Origin: Octopus sinensis
Lineage: Eukaryota
Length of the DNA stretch: 64,000 bases
Direction of reading: 5' to 3'
Assembly: GCF_006345805.1 (NCBI RefSeq)
Contig: NC_043005.1
Coordinates: 63,364,001-63,428,000, forward strand
The notes beneath the pieces were generated by a model. The model saw nothing but the letters and a program-made list of their open reading frames with translations. It was not told where the DNA came from and did no database searches. The position numbers were made by a program, and so were the translations under genes. Below, in pieces: positions 62,520-64,000 of the stretch; the first letter of the stretch is position 1; each line of letters starts with the position of its first letter.

Positions 62520-63362
62520 TCTTACTCTTTACTCTTTTACTTTTTTCAGTCATTTGACTGTGGCCATGCTGGAGCACCACCTTTAGTCGACAAATCGACC
62601 CCGAGACTTATTCCTTTGTAAGCCCAGTACTTATTCTATCGGTCTCCTTTGCCGAACCGCTAAGTTATGGGAACATAAACACACCAGCATCAGTTGTCAA
62701 GCAATGCTAGGGGGACAAATACAGAGACACAAACATACACACACACACACACACCGCAGGAGTGGCTGTGTGGTAAGTAGCTTGCTAACCAACCACATGG
62801 TTCCGGGTTCAGTCCCACTGCGTGGCATCTTGGGCAAGTGTCTTCTTCTGCTATAGCCCCGGCCGACCAATGCCTTGTGAGTGGATTTGGTAGACGGAAA
62901 CTGAAAGAAGCCTGTCGTATATATGTATATATATATAAGTGTGTGTGTATATGTTTTGTGTGTCTGTGTTTGTCCCCCTAGCATTGCTTGACAACCGATG
63001 CTGGTGTGTTTACGGTCCCCGTCACTTAGCGGTTCGGCAAAAGAGACCGATAGAAAAGTACTGGGCTTACAAAGAATAAGTCCTGGGGTCGATTTGCTCG
63101 ACTAAAGGCGGTGCTCCAGCATGGCCGCAGTCAATTGACTGAAACAAGTAAAAGAGAGAGAGAGAGAGAGAGAGTATATATATATATATACATTTATACG
63201 ACAGGCTTCTTTCAGTTTCCGCCTACCAAATCCACTCACAAGGCTTTGGTCAGCCCTAGGCTATAGTAGAAGACACTTGCCCAAGATGCCACGCAGTGGG
63301 ACTGAACCCGGAACCATGTGGTCGGTAAGCAAGCCACTCCTTACCACACAGCCACTCCTGTG
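62520..63362. mobile_element. Nested SINE family A pair: plus-strand copy (62755-63175) inside a minus-strand copy
   Basis: The outer 3' half (62520-62750) and outer head (63190-63362) are both minus strand; the inner copy is complete. Confidence 0.9.
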
Positions 63363-63491
63363 CCTATACATAAGTTGCATATTGAAACAGGCAACGATTT
63401 GGTTATGCCATTCTTTTTGAAACACATACAGCTGATTAATTCATTGATAAATCTTCATTCTTTGCAGTTTTTCTAAATACTCTGTTATTAA

Positions 63492-63711
63492 CCTTTTAGC
63501 ATTTAAACTGGCCATATCCAGCCAAGCCATTCTACTTGATTTATTTTCAAACCAGCTAGAGCTAACCTTTCACAGCTACTCTACAATATCATTCTAAAAA
63601 CAAACAATTTCATTATTGAAATTTTGAGGTTACAAGATAACGCATGAGCAATTGAAAATAATGTGAATATATAAGCACGACATTTGGCATAAAAATCTGA
63701 ATGCTAAAGGG
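63492..63711. mobile_element. piggyBac-type MITE (family 2), uninterrupted
   Basis: TTAA-CCTTTTAGCATT...AATGCTAAAGGG-TTAA. Confidence 0.85.
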
Positions 63712-63904
63712 TTAATATACTGAACTTTATTTGGAGTTTGGTCTTTGGATTTTCAGATTGGCCAAGTTTCCAAAAAAGTGAAATAAAAATCTATGTGGAT
63801 TACTATAGACTTAACTAGACAATCTATTGAGCCAAGTTTGATCTCTAAAGAGTACTTAAGAGATATTTGTCAGGATGCCTAGATTTAGTTAATCCTGTTG
63901 TCTT

Positions 63905-63944
<40 letters not shown>

Positions 63945-64000
63945 GCATGTATATGTATGCATGAATGTATGTATGTATGTATGTATATACATATACATAC

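Overview
AT-rich animal genomic DNA, most likely a coleoid cephalopod (octopus-like). This is inferred from the very high (TA)n/(CA)n density and the tRNA-derived SINE and RTE families I recognise; it was not verified by search. No host protein-coding gene can be supported. Nearly all ORFs in the supplied track are microsatellite translations or transposon fragments. The window is a layered transposon graveyard. It holds about five R4/Dong-type non-LTR fossils, RTE, CR1, Penelope-like and other LINE pieces, a Mag-clade Ty3/Gypsy element (LTR, tRNA-Ser PBS, gag-PR-RT) and a second Gypsy pol remnant. It also holds hAT, mariner, DD37D and DD41D transposase fossils, TTAA- and TA-flanked MITEs, a non-autonomous Helitron and many SINE copies. 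The most interesting signals are minimal hammerhead-ribozyme-like motifs at Penelope termini, multimeric SINEs that appear to have moved as units, a young uninterrupted CR1 RT fragment, and several nested insertions whose removal restores the older reading frame. All translations and alignments were done by eye, and boundaries of degraded elements are approximate.
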